In this document: piece after piece, positions 50,566 to 61,460 of the stretch
Layout: each line of letters starts with the position of its first letter
Numbering within the stretch: position 1 is the first letter of the stretch
DNA from: Macrostomum lignano
Lineage: Eukaryota
DNA length: 64,000 nt
NCBI GenBank assembly: GCA_002269645.1
Contig: NIVC01002942.1
Location: 62,001 to 126,000, forward strand
Reading direction: 5' to 3'
Position numbers and translations under genes: made by a program
The notes under the pieces: model-generated
The model's input: only the letters and a program-made list of their open reading frames with translations
What the model was told of the DNA's origin: nothing
The model's database searches: none

Positions 50566-51541
50566 TAGCTCATTCAGTCAGCTCAGTCAGTCAGTGAGTC
50601 AGCTCAGTGAGTCAGCTCAGTCAGTCAGTGAGTCAGCTCATTCAGTCAGTGAGTCAGCTCAGTCAGTCAGTGAGTCAGCTCAGTCAGTCAGTGAGTCAGC
50701 TCAGTCAGTCAGTGAGTCAGCTCAGTCAGTCAGTGAGTCAGCTCATTCAGTCAGTGAGTCAGCTCAGTCAGTCAGTGAGTCAGCTCAGTCAGTCAGTGAG
50801 TCAGCTCAGTCAGCTCAGTCAGCTCAGTCAGTCAGTCAGTGAGTCAGCTCAGTCAGTCAGTCAGTGAGTCAGCTCATTCAGTCAGTGAGTCAGCTCAGTC
50901 AGCTCAGTCAGTCAGTCAGTGAGTCAGCTCATTCAGTCAGTGAGTCAGCTCAGTCAGCTCAGTCAGTCAGTCAGTGAGTCAGCTCAGTCAGTCAGTCAGT
51001 GAGTCAGCTCATTCAGTCAGTGAGTCAGCTCAGTCAGTCAGTGAGTCAGCTCAGTCAGTCAGTGAGTCAGCTCAGTCAGTCAGTGAGTCAGCTCAGTCAG
51101 TCAGTCAGTGAGTCAGCTCATTCAGTCAGTGAGTCAGCTCATTCAGTCAGTGAGTCAGCTCAGTCAGTCAGTGAGTCAGCTCAGTCAGTCAGTGAGTCAG
51201 CTCATTCAGTCAGTGAGTCAGCTCAGTCATCTCAGTCAGTCAGTCAGTGAGTCAGCTCAGTCAGTCAGTCAGTGAGTCAGCTCATTCAGTCAGTGAGTCA
51301 GCTCAGTCAGTCAGTGAGTCAGCTCAGTCAGTCAGTGAGTCAGCTCATTCAGTCAGTGAGTCAGCTCAGTCATCTCAGTCAGTCAGTCAGTGAGTCAGCT
51401 CAGTCAGTCAGTCAGTGAGTCAGCTCATTCAGTCAGTGAGTCAGCTCAGTCAGTCAGTGAGTCAGCTCAGTCAGTCAGTGAGTCAGCTCAGTCAGTCAGT
51501 GAGTCAGCTCATTCAGTCAGTGAGTCAGCTCATTCAGTCAG
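50566..51541. repeat. Compound (TCAG)n-derived repeat with a ~21-bp unit (GAGTCAGCTCAGTCAGTCAGT)
   Basis: Direct inspection. Confidence 0.95.
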
Positions 51542-52264
51542 CCACAGGTCTTCCCCAGTTTCGTGATATTTTCGGTAATAGCGCTGGAGCGTTCAGTTTC
51601 GGCAATCAGACTATTTAGACAAACAGACATTGCCCAGCGCTGTGCGCTCCTAAAATACTTGCAGGTAGATGGTTGGCGGCTCAATGAACAAAAGCGAGGC
51701 TGCGTGGCAACTGCTGACAAATGTTGAGAAAAAGGCTAAGCTGAGCCAATTAAAAAACTTGAACGCAGAGCTTGTAAATTTATTGGGTAAACAGAAAACT
51801 GCATAAATAATGAGGCTTATAGCTATAAGATACCTGCTAAAAACACAGGCTGGGGCATCCGATGCCCCGAACGAAATGTGCAAAATAATTATCAGTATAA
51901 AAAAGCTAAACAAAAGATGAGCTGGGAAGAGGTAAAAACGGCAGTGCAAATATCTGTATCAGCCAGTGAAATCTCTGCTCCAATCAAGACTGAAGCAGCT
52001 CCGTGAGCAGGTGAATCGCCTGTGGAGACCCGGGATACTGCATTACTCGCTTAGCTGCTCCTCTGCTCCCAAAGCCACAATGCAGCGACCAAAAACAGCA
52101 ATTTAAGGAGATTGTGACCGAAATTACAAAGTAAAAATGAGTGACCGCAAGAGTAAAAGAGTGCAGCTCATTGCAAATCATCGAGGGCAGTAGGTGCAGG
52201 CGGTGCGCCTCAGGCTGAGCTTGCGACTGGGATTGTGGCATCTGTGCAGGACTTTTAATAGCAG

Positions 52265-52556
52265 ATGTACATTGGGAGTGGCTGGGGGTCAGGGGATGTA
52301 CATTGGGACTGGCTGGGGGTTAGGGGATGCACATTGGGAGTGGCTGGGGGTCAGGGGATGCACATTGGGAGTGGCTGGGGGTCAGGGGATGCACATTGGG
52401 AGTGGCTGGGGGTCAGGGGATGCACATTGGGAGTGGCTGGGGGTCAGGGGATGCACATTGGGAGTGGCTGGGGGTCAGGGGATGCACATTGGGAGTGGCT
52501 GGGGGTCAGGGGATGCACATTGGGAGTGGCTGGGGGTCAGGGGATGTACATTGGGA
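52265..52556. repeat. 31-bp G-tract minisatellite (GGGATGCACATTGGGAGTGGCTGGGGGTCAG), ~9 copies
   Basis: Direct repeats. Confidence 0.96.
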
Positions 52557-53224
52557 GCAGTCCCACTAACACCAATAGGTGAATAAAAAGCAAAAGTCAG
52601 GCAGAGCTGACGCCGCAAAAAGTTATATTTACCAACAGTTATCTGCACATGCACATGTAGTTATAAAATACTGCATGTTAAATAATTTTCAGATAGAACG
52701 GACAGATCTGTCACGCGTGGGTTGGCCAGAGAATTTCACAGTGGAAAGAGTGCGAAAAGGTCGAATATGAAAATCGAGCAGGTCGGGGAAGCGGCCAAAA
52801 AGATGGATTTCCCGAAGGGATTGCTGAGCAGTGCAGCATACTGGTTGCTAGGGTGAACCGCACAGGTAAGCACAGGTGCGAGGGGAAGACAGATGAGAGG
52901 GGAATCAGTTTGTTGCATGCGATGTGCGCCTGCTTAATGTACTGTAGCCATTGGCTATGATGAGTAGAGCATGAGGGCGGTGCGGACTAGGCAGAGATCA
53001 GTGCTGTACACGCAAATAGCTAATTTTTCTAAAAATACTACTGCCTCGGGTCAGTAGTGCATTACGCATATGACGAGAAAAATCTTGCACATCTTAAAAA
53101 CGCTTAAATGAACTGTGCGCATTAATGGGCTGACTGATAAAAGACATTTGCTGAGCTTCAAGTCACCTCCAGGGTGCTTTCATACAGAACCTACCGGAAA
53201 TGCTAAGGCTGCTTAGAAACGAGC

Positions 53225-53560
53225 TGAAGACAGCCTGAAGGATTCCCAACAGTGCAATCTGAAGACAGCCTGAAGGATTCCCAACAGTGCAATCTGAAGA
53301 CAGCCTGAAGGATTCCCAACAGTGCAATCTGAAGACAGCCTGAAGGATTCCCAACAGTGCAATCTGAAGACAGCCTGAAGGATTCCCAACAGTGCAATCT
53401 GAAGACAGCCTGAAGGATTCCCAACAGTGCAATCTGAAGACAGCCTGATGGATTCCCAACAGTGCAATCTGAAGGCAGCCTGATGGATTCCCAACAGTGC
53501 AATCTGAAGGCAGCCTGATGGATTCCCAACAGTACAATCTGAAGGCAGCTAGCCTGAAGG
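53225..53560. repeat. 35-bp minisatellite (TGAAGACAGCCTGAAGGATTCCCAACAGTGCAATC), ~9 copies, just 3' of the kinase stop
   Basis: Direct repeats. Confidence 0.96.
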
Positions 53561-53642
53561 TGACCCGAAGTTGATCTCAGAAAGTTAACTCTAAAAGGAA
53601 GTAACCAATATGGAGATCGCTACGCAAAGGAGGGGCCGAGGC

Positions 53643-56600
53643 TCAGGCGAAGCTGCAGTCCCCCAGGGTGTCTATGGAGGAGGACAGGCAGGACACGCAG
53701 GAAACCCCGGAGTCGTCGGTGACGCCGGTGCCCTCGCCGCAGGGCCGGCAACGGCGCGCGATCTCGAGGAACTCGATGAGGTCCTGAGACAGGTCCGGGT
53801 AGGACCAGGCCCGGTTCAGGCCGGAGGGCGAGCGCAGCTCGGGGCCGGTGGGCAGCAGCAGGGCGGGGCCGTGGCGGCCGGCCTGCAGGCAGGACTTGTT
53901 CCGCTCCCAGCGCACCGTCACGAACGGGTTGTGCTTCATGCCGGGGTTCCAGCAGCGCTGCTGGTGCCGCCGCTCCTGCCAGCTCGCGTCCAGCCGTCGC
54001 TGCTCCACCAGCTCGTCCGCCTCGATGTCGGCGTCGGCCGTGGAGGCGACGTCGCGAACCGTCTCTACGGCGACGCCGGCCTCCAGCTTGTCCAGCAGGC
54101 GCATCAGGGCGCCAGCCAGGTCGGCGAAGCTGGGCCGCACCGCCGGCTCCTGGCTGCAGGCCGACAGCGCCAGCTGCAGCAGCGGCCGCGGGCAGTCGGG
54201 CGGCACCAGCGAGGACTCCAGCGCGGCGGCGTCGATGCCGAAGTCCGGCAGGCGTGGCAGGAAGTCGGGGTCGGCGGGCAGGCGGGTGAGCAGCTCGCAC
54301 AGCACAATGCCGTAGCTGAACACGTCGGCCTTGGTGCTGAAGCCGCAGCCGCGCATGCACTCGGGCGCCATCCAGAACGGGCTGCCGACGCACTCCAGCA
54401 GGCGCTGCGTGGCGTAGCGGGGCATCTTGATGGCCAGGCCGAAGTCCGCCACCACCGCCTGGTAGGGCCGGGCACCGCCCGCGTCAGTGCGGATCAGGAT
54501 GTTCTTCGAGGCGATGTCGCGGTGGAAAAAGCCCTGCGAAGGAGGGGGCGTATCTGGTCACTCAATACTGTGTAATCACTCGTCTGGTCACTCAATACTG
54601 CGTAATCACTCGTCTGGTCACTCAATACTGCGTAATCACTCGTCTGGTCACTCAATACTGTGTAATCACTCGTCTGGTCACTCAATACTGTGTAATCACT
54701 CGTCTGGTCACCCAATACTGTGTAATCACTCGTCTGGTCACTCAATACTGTGTAATCACTCGTCTGGTCACCCAATACTGTGTAATCACTCGTCTGGTCA
54801 CTCAATACTGTGTAATCACTCGTCTGGTCACTCAATACTGCGTAATCACTCGTCTGGTCACTCAATACTGTGTAATCACTCGTCTGGTCACTCTAATTGA
54901 CAATGAAACAGATATGGTCATTATATTCGATAATGACACATATTTGGTCACTCGAATCAACAATGAGACCCATCTGGAACTCCAATCGACAATGAGACCC
55001 ATCTGGAACTCTGGAACTCCAATCGACAATGAGCCATCTGGAACTCCAATCGACAATGAGCCATCTGGAACTCCAATCGACAATGAGACCCATCTGGAAC
55101 TCCAATCAACAATGAGACCCATCTGAAACACCAATCGACAATGAGCCATCTGGAACACCAATCGACAATGAGATCCATCTGGAACTCCAATCGACAATGA
55201 GCCATCTGGAACTCCAATCGACAATGAGACCCATCTGGAACTCCAATCAACAATGAGACCCATCTGAAACTCCAATCGACAATGAGCCATCTGGAACTCC
55301 AATCGACAATGAGATCCATCTGGAACTCCAATCGACAATGAGCCATCTGGAACTCCAATCGACAATGAGACCCATCTGGAACTCCAATCAACAATGAGAC
55401 CCATCTGAAACTCCAATCGACAATGAGCCATCTGGAACTCCAATCGACAATGAGATCCATCTGGAACTCCAATCGACAATGAGCCATCTGGAACTCCAAT
55501 CGACAATGAGCCATCTGGAACTCCAATCGACAATGAGCCATCTGGAACTCCAATCAACAATGAGACCCATCTGGAACTCTGAAACTCCAATCGACAATGA
55601 GCCATCTGGAACTCCAATCGACAATGAGCCATCTGGAACTCCAATCGACAATGAGACCCATCTGGAACTCCAATCAACAATGAGACCCATCTGAAACTCC
55701 GATCGACAATGAGCCATCTGGAACTCCAATCGACAATGAGATCCATCTGGAACTCCAATCGACAATGAGCCATCTGGAACTCCAATCGACAATGAGATCC
55801 ATCTGGAACTCCAATCGACAATGAGACCCATCTGGAACTCCAATCGACAATGAGCCATCTGGAACTCCAATCGACAATGAGCCATCTGGAACTCCAATCG
55901 ACAATGAGACCCATCTGGAACTCCAATCGACAATGAGCCATCTGGAACTCCAATCAACAATGAGACCCATCTGGAACTCCAATCAACAATGAGACCCATT
56001 TGCCAACATACCTGTCCGTGCACATAGGCCATGGCCCGGGCCACATCCAGCGCCAGTCCCAGCCGCACCCTCCAGCTCAGCCGCCTGCCGGGCTCTGCCA
56101 GCAGCTGCTCCAGACTGCCGCCCTCGATGTAGTCGAACAGGCAGTGCAGCCGGCCGCCGTGGATGCAGACGGCGTGGTAGCGCAGCACGTTGGGGTGACT
56201 GAGCTTGGACATGATCTCGTGCTCGCGATAGGCAGAGCGCTGGTTCGTCTCCCCGTTCATCTTTAGGGCCATCTGACGGCCGCTGCGCTCCAGGGTCACT
56301 CGGTACACGTTGGAGAAGAAGCCCTTGGCCAGCAGCTGCACGCTGCTGAAGTCCTGCAGGCTGTAAATCTCCTTCACCGCCAGCAGCAGCGCCGTGTTCA
56401 GCCCCGAGCGGGAGCGGCGGCGCTTGCCGGGGGGCGGCGAGCAGCGGAGGAGGTCCACAGCCACCGCCTTGCTCAGCCCGTTCAGGCGCAGCCGCTGAAG
56501 ACGCTCCGACAGCGAGCTGTCGACCTAGCGGGTGATGGGAAGAGGAAAGGGTGAGGGGTCGTGCAGATTAAATGGCCGCGGATTATCGAAATAAATATAG

Positions 56601-59600
56601 AGCATTTGTTGGACTAGCACCGTGGATTGTCGGACTAAAGCTCCGTGGATTGTCGGACTAAAGCTCCGTGGATTGTCGGACTAAAGCTCCGTGGATTGTC
56701 GGACTAAAGCTCCGTGGATTGTCGGACTAAAGCTCCGTGGATTGTCGGACTAAAGCTCCGTGGATTGTCGGACTAAAGCTCCGTGAATTGTCGGACTAAA
56801 GAACCGTGGATTGTCGGACTAAAGCTCCGTGGATTGTCGGACTAAAGCTCCGTGAATTGTCGGACTAAAGCTCCGTGGATTGTCGGACTAAAGCTCCGTG
56901 AATTGTCGGACTAAAGCTCCGTGGATTGTCGGACTAAAGCTCCGTGGATTGTCGGACTAAAGCTCCGTGGATTGTCGGACTAAAGCTCCGTGGATTGTCG
57001 GACTAAAGAACCGTGGATTGTCGGACTAAAGCTCCGTGGATTGTCGGACTAAAGCTCCGTGGATTGTCGGACTAAAGCTCCGTGGATTGTCGGACTAAAG
57101 CTCCGTGAATTGTCGGACTAAAGCTCCGTGGATTGTCGGACTAAAGAACCGTGGATTGTCGGACTTAAGAACCGTGAATTGTCGGACTAAAGCTCCGTGG
57201 ATTGTCGGACTAAAGCTCCGTGGATTGTCGGACTAAAGAACCGTGGATTGTCGGACTAAAGAACCGTGAATTGTCGGACTAAAGCTCCGTGGATTGTCGG
57301 ACTAAAGCACCGTGGATTGTCGGACTAAAGCACCGTGGATTGTCGGACTAAAGCTCCGTGGATTGTCGGACTAAAGAACCGTGGATTGTCGGACTAAAGA
57401 ACCGTGAATTGTCGGACTAAAGAACCGTGGATTGTCGGACTAAAGCTCCGTGAATTGTCGGACTAAAGAACCGTGGATTGTCGGACTAAAGCTCCGTGAA
57501 TTGTCGGACTAAAGAACCGCAGATTTCCAGTATCACAGAGCAGCTGCTCACCTGAATATTGGGCAGCCTAGACTTGCAGGTGAAGCAGATCTCGGTAGGG
57601 TCCACATTATCGATATCCTTGGGCTGCTCGCAGCCGCAGCCGCCGCCGCAGGCGCCCAACTCGTGCAGCTGTTGTTGCTGAAGCGGTTTGCCAGACGACA
57701 TGGCCTGGATAGTCGGCCAGCTGGAGAATCCGATGGCTGCTACTGCAACACACAGATGCGGGTTGAGTCAGTATGGCAGAGCAGAGAGCACAATAAGGGG
57801 GCCGGCTTGGCCAGTGTGCGTGTTTTTCTATGCTGGCGCCACTCACTGCGCTGTTGTGCCGCCCACACACGTGACTATGGGCTACACTTACAGGCAGCGA
57901 ATGCCCCCCTGCCCCTATGTTATCAGTGATGACCCAAAACAAAGAAATGACGCACATCGTAGGGGATACCCGACAGGCCACATCACAGATATGACACTCC
58001 AAAAAAATATATCCGACCAGAATATTTCGAAATATGACACATAAAAGTTTCGCAAAAAACTATAAATTTTGCATTACATGCTACTAATAGTAGAAATGCG
58101 AAAATAATTCGATCGCAGCTCCAAAGGGTTTCAAATAAATCGCATTAGACACAAGTCCAGCTATTTTAGTTATATATATTATTTACTTGCAAATTTTATA
58201 ATTATATTTTATGTGCATACGAATTTTAGTTATAATTAATAAGTTTTCAAATATTATATTATCTTTACATGTTTCACATGTTAGAAAATAGTTATATTAG
58301 CATGTTGAAATAGTGCATTGGTAGGCAGTCACCGAATGGGCAAATGTACTCCTGCCGGCATGCGACTTGGGCCGCTCAGCTGGGCCGGGCGGCTGCTGGG
58401 CTGCGGTGGGCGGCTGCTCAGCTGATCCGGGCTGTGACGCATCGGTCTGAGTAGAGAAATTGCAGTTATTGGTAGAGACAGGGCAGAATGGTAGAGACAG
58501 GGCAGAATGGTAGAGACAGGGCAGTATGGTAGAGACAGGGCAGAATGGTAGAGACAGGGCAGAATGGTAGAGACAGGGCAGAATGGTAGAGACAGGGCAG
58601 TTATTGGTAGAGACAGGGCAGAATGGTAGAGACAGGGCAGAATGGTAGAGACAGGGCAGAATGGTAGAGACAGGGCAGAATGGTAGAGACAGGGCAGTTA
58701 TTGGTAGAGACAGGGCAGAATGGTAGAGACAGGGCAGTTATTGGTAGAGAAAGGGCAGAATGGTAGAGACAGGGCAGAATGGTAGAGACAGGGCAGAATG
58801 GTAGAGACAGGGCAGTTATTGGTAGAGACAGGGCAGAATGGTAGAGACAGGGCAGAATGGTAGAGACAGGGCAGAATGGTAGAGACAGGGCAGAATGGTA
58901 GAGACAGGGCAGTTATTGGTAGAGACAGGGCAGAATGGTAGAGACAGGGCAGTTATTGGTAGAGAAAGGGCAGAATGGTAGAGACAGGGCAGAATGGTAG
59001 AGACAGGGCAGTATGGTAGAGACAGGGCAGTATGGTAGAGACAGGGCAGAATGGTAGAGACAGGGCAGAATGGTAGAGACAGGGCAGAATGGTAGAGACA
59101 GGGCAGTATGGTAGAAACAGGGCAGTATGGTAGAGACAGGGCAGAATGGTAGAGACAGGGCAGAATGGTAGAGACAGGGCAGAATGGTAGAGACAGGGCA
59201 GAATGGTAGAGACAGGGCAGAATGGTAGAGACAGGGTAGAATGGTAGAGACAGGGCAGAATGGTAGAGACAGGGTAGAATGGTAGAGACAGGGCAGAATG
59301 GTAGAGACAGGGCAGTTATTGGTAGAGAAAGGGCAGAATGGTAGAGACAGGGCAGAATGGTAGAGACAGGGCAGTATGGTAGAGACAGGGCAGTATGGTA
59401 GAGACAGGGCAGAATGGTAGAGACAGGGCAGAATGGTAGAGACAGGGCAGAATGGTAGAGACAGGGCAGAATGGTAGAGACAGGGCAGAATGGTAGAGAC
59501 AGGGCAGAATGGTAGAGACAGGGTAGAATGGTAGAGACAGGGCAGAATGGTAGAGACAGGGTAGAATGGTAGAGACAGGGCAGAATGGTAGAGACAGGGT

Positions 59601-60192
59601 AGAATGGTAGAGACATGGTAGAATGGTAGAGACAGGGTAGAATGGTAGAGACAGGGCAGTATGGTAGAAACAGGGCAGTATGGTAGACACAGGGCAGAAT
59701 GGTAGAGACAGGGCAGAATGGTAGAGACAGGGCAGAATGGTAGAGACAGGGCAGAATGGTAGAGACAGGGCAGAATGGTAGAGACAGGGCAGAATGGTAG
59801 AGACAGGGCAGTATGGTAGAAACAGGGCAGTATGGTAGAGACAGGGCAGAATGGTAGAGACAGGGCAGAATGGTAGAGACAGGGCAGAATGGTAGAGACA
59901 GGGCAGAATGGTAGAGACAGGGCAGAATGGTAGAGAAAGGGCAGAATGGTAGAGACAGGGCAGAATGGTAGAGACAGGGTAGAATGGTAGAGACAGGGCA
60001 GAATGGTAGAGACAGGGTAGAATGGTAGAGACAGGGCAGAATGGTAGAGACAGGGTAGAATGGTAGAGACAGGGTAGAATGGTAGAGACAGGGTAGAATG
60101 GTAGAGACAGGGTAGAATGGTAGAGACAGGGTAGAATGGTAGAGACAGGGCAGTTATTGGTAAAAATATTGCTCTTCACCTTCACTTACCAT
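53643..60192 (-). CDS. TESK: TESK-like (LIMK/TESK family, Drosophila cdi-like) dual-specificity kinase, ~557 aa
   Basis: All phase-0 model: ATG 60192-60190 | 58446-58333 | 57704-57552 | 56524-56012 | 54533-53643. Motifs KGFFSNVYRV, MALKMN, REHEIMSKLSHPNVL, VCIHGGRLHCLFDYIEGGSLEQLL, LSWRVRLGLALDVARAMAYVH, FHRDIASKN, VVADFGLA, VGSPFWMAPE, KADVFSYGIVLCEL..ADPDFLPR..DFG, RPSF. No LIM/PDZ domains, so TESK rather than LIMK. The kinase exons are certain; the three 5' exons are less so. Confidence 0.9.
54552..54892. repeat. 30-bp minisatellite (TCTGGTCACTCAATACTGTGTAATCACTCG), ~11 copies, in a TESK intron
   Basis: Direct repeats. Confidence 0.97.
54955..55999. repeat. 27/29-bp minisatellite (CAATGAG[AC]CCATCTGGAACTCCAATCGA), ~37 copies, same TESK intron
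   Basis: Direct repeats with two length classes. Confidence 0.97.
56620..57519. repeat. 23-bp minisatellite (CCGTGGATTGTCGGACTAAAGCT), ~39 copies, in a TESK intron
   Basis: Direct repeats. Confidence 0.97.
58470..60160. repeat. 19-bp minisatellite (GGTAGAGACAGGGCAGAAT, 21-bp variant), ~88 copies, filling TESK intron 1
   Basis: Direct repeats. Confidence 0.97.
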
Positions 60193-61460
60193 TAACTGGA
60201 ATCGATCAGACGCGGCGAGCTCTTTCTCAAACGACTTTTGCCGCTTAGCGACGTCATAGCATTTGCCTTTGCGGCTTATCAGCTGTTTTATGAACTCCAA
60301 TTGTTTGGACATTTGGGTTAATTTATTGAAAAAATGAAATTAATTGACAAATAGAAATCTGGCTTTTTGAAAGGCCAACTGAAGTCCCATTTTATATGAA
60401 GCGGCAGTTTGACATCAACAAGTTCACTCTAATTTTCATTGGTTCGGAATGGGGTGGTCAAAATATTTCACGTTCATAGTACGTGTCAAATCCACTATGC
60501 TTTTAGACTCAAAGGGGTGGACTGCTTCATTTCAGTAGTGACTCATTTTGACACCAAATTACTTTGATTCAAAATGAAACATGCGCATTAACCAGCATGA
60601 AACATACATTAGGTACAATATGCCCCACTCACATTCACAGCCTCATTCACAGCCTCATTCACTGCCTCATTCACAGCCTCACAGCCAGACTCACTGATCG
60701 ACCCTAATCCAGTTTGGGTTTCGAATACTCAGTTATTTCTGCATTTTCAATTCATTGAGTAGCTCTGTGAGATCCGCTGCTGTCAATATACAGTGGGCAG
60801 TGGATAAAAAATAAATGACACACAATGAATTGGATAGGAATTAAATGAATGATGCAAAATAGAAATTCGAGAAATAGATTAAATATGCAAGAAAAAGACG
60901 TATATGCTCAAAAATTAGGATGAAGTCAGTCATCAACAAATCAAAGAGTAGATAAAATTTCTCTTTGGTGACTAAATAAAGTTTACAATTTTACATATTT
61001 GGAACTGCTTGACACTATTCTTTACGATAATGGCGCAATCATAAGTTTGGTGCAACAAATTTGCTTAGATAGGTGTCTTCCACCATGAACCACCCATCAC
61101 TGTCACCGAGCATTGCGCAATCTTGAGCATACCCAGAGCACGTATTTGCTTTTAAGCAATCGTGAGAACTGCGATTCTTATCTTTACTCAAAATCCAGCT
61201 ACAGTGGAAAGATCGAGAAAAGCGCGAAACACACCTCCAAACAAACCGCTGTGCATAATACAAAACAATATATAGATAAAAAGTGGAACGCTCACAGCAG
61301 GTGACCAAACCAAAAGTAAAAGCAAAGCCCAATTGTATTTTGATAAAAAGCCATTACTAAAGAAGCTGGCGAAATATTTCTGAGCTAACCTGTCAATATC
61401 AAGTATAAGTTAAAATGTACGAGCGCAGTAAATTCAAACATGGATTTAAACTATAGCGGC

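Noticed and set aside
51680-52010. Two short overlapping AT-rich reading frames (MNKSEAAWQLL... and ...NCINNEAYSYK...) that look joinable by a frameshift
   Set aside because: No motif, codon usage unlike the local genes, and the only GT..AG between them is 8 nt; probably chance
53643-56524. LIMK assignment for the kinase
   Set aside because: No LIM or PDZ exons upstream; the kinase domain is near the N-terminus with a C-terminal extension, as in TESK
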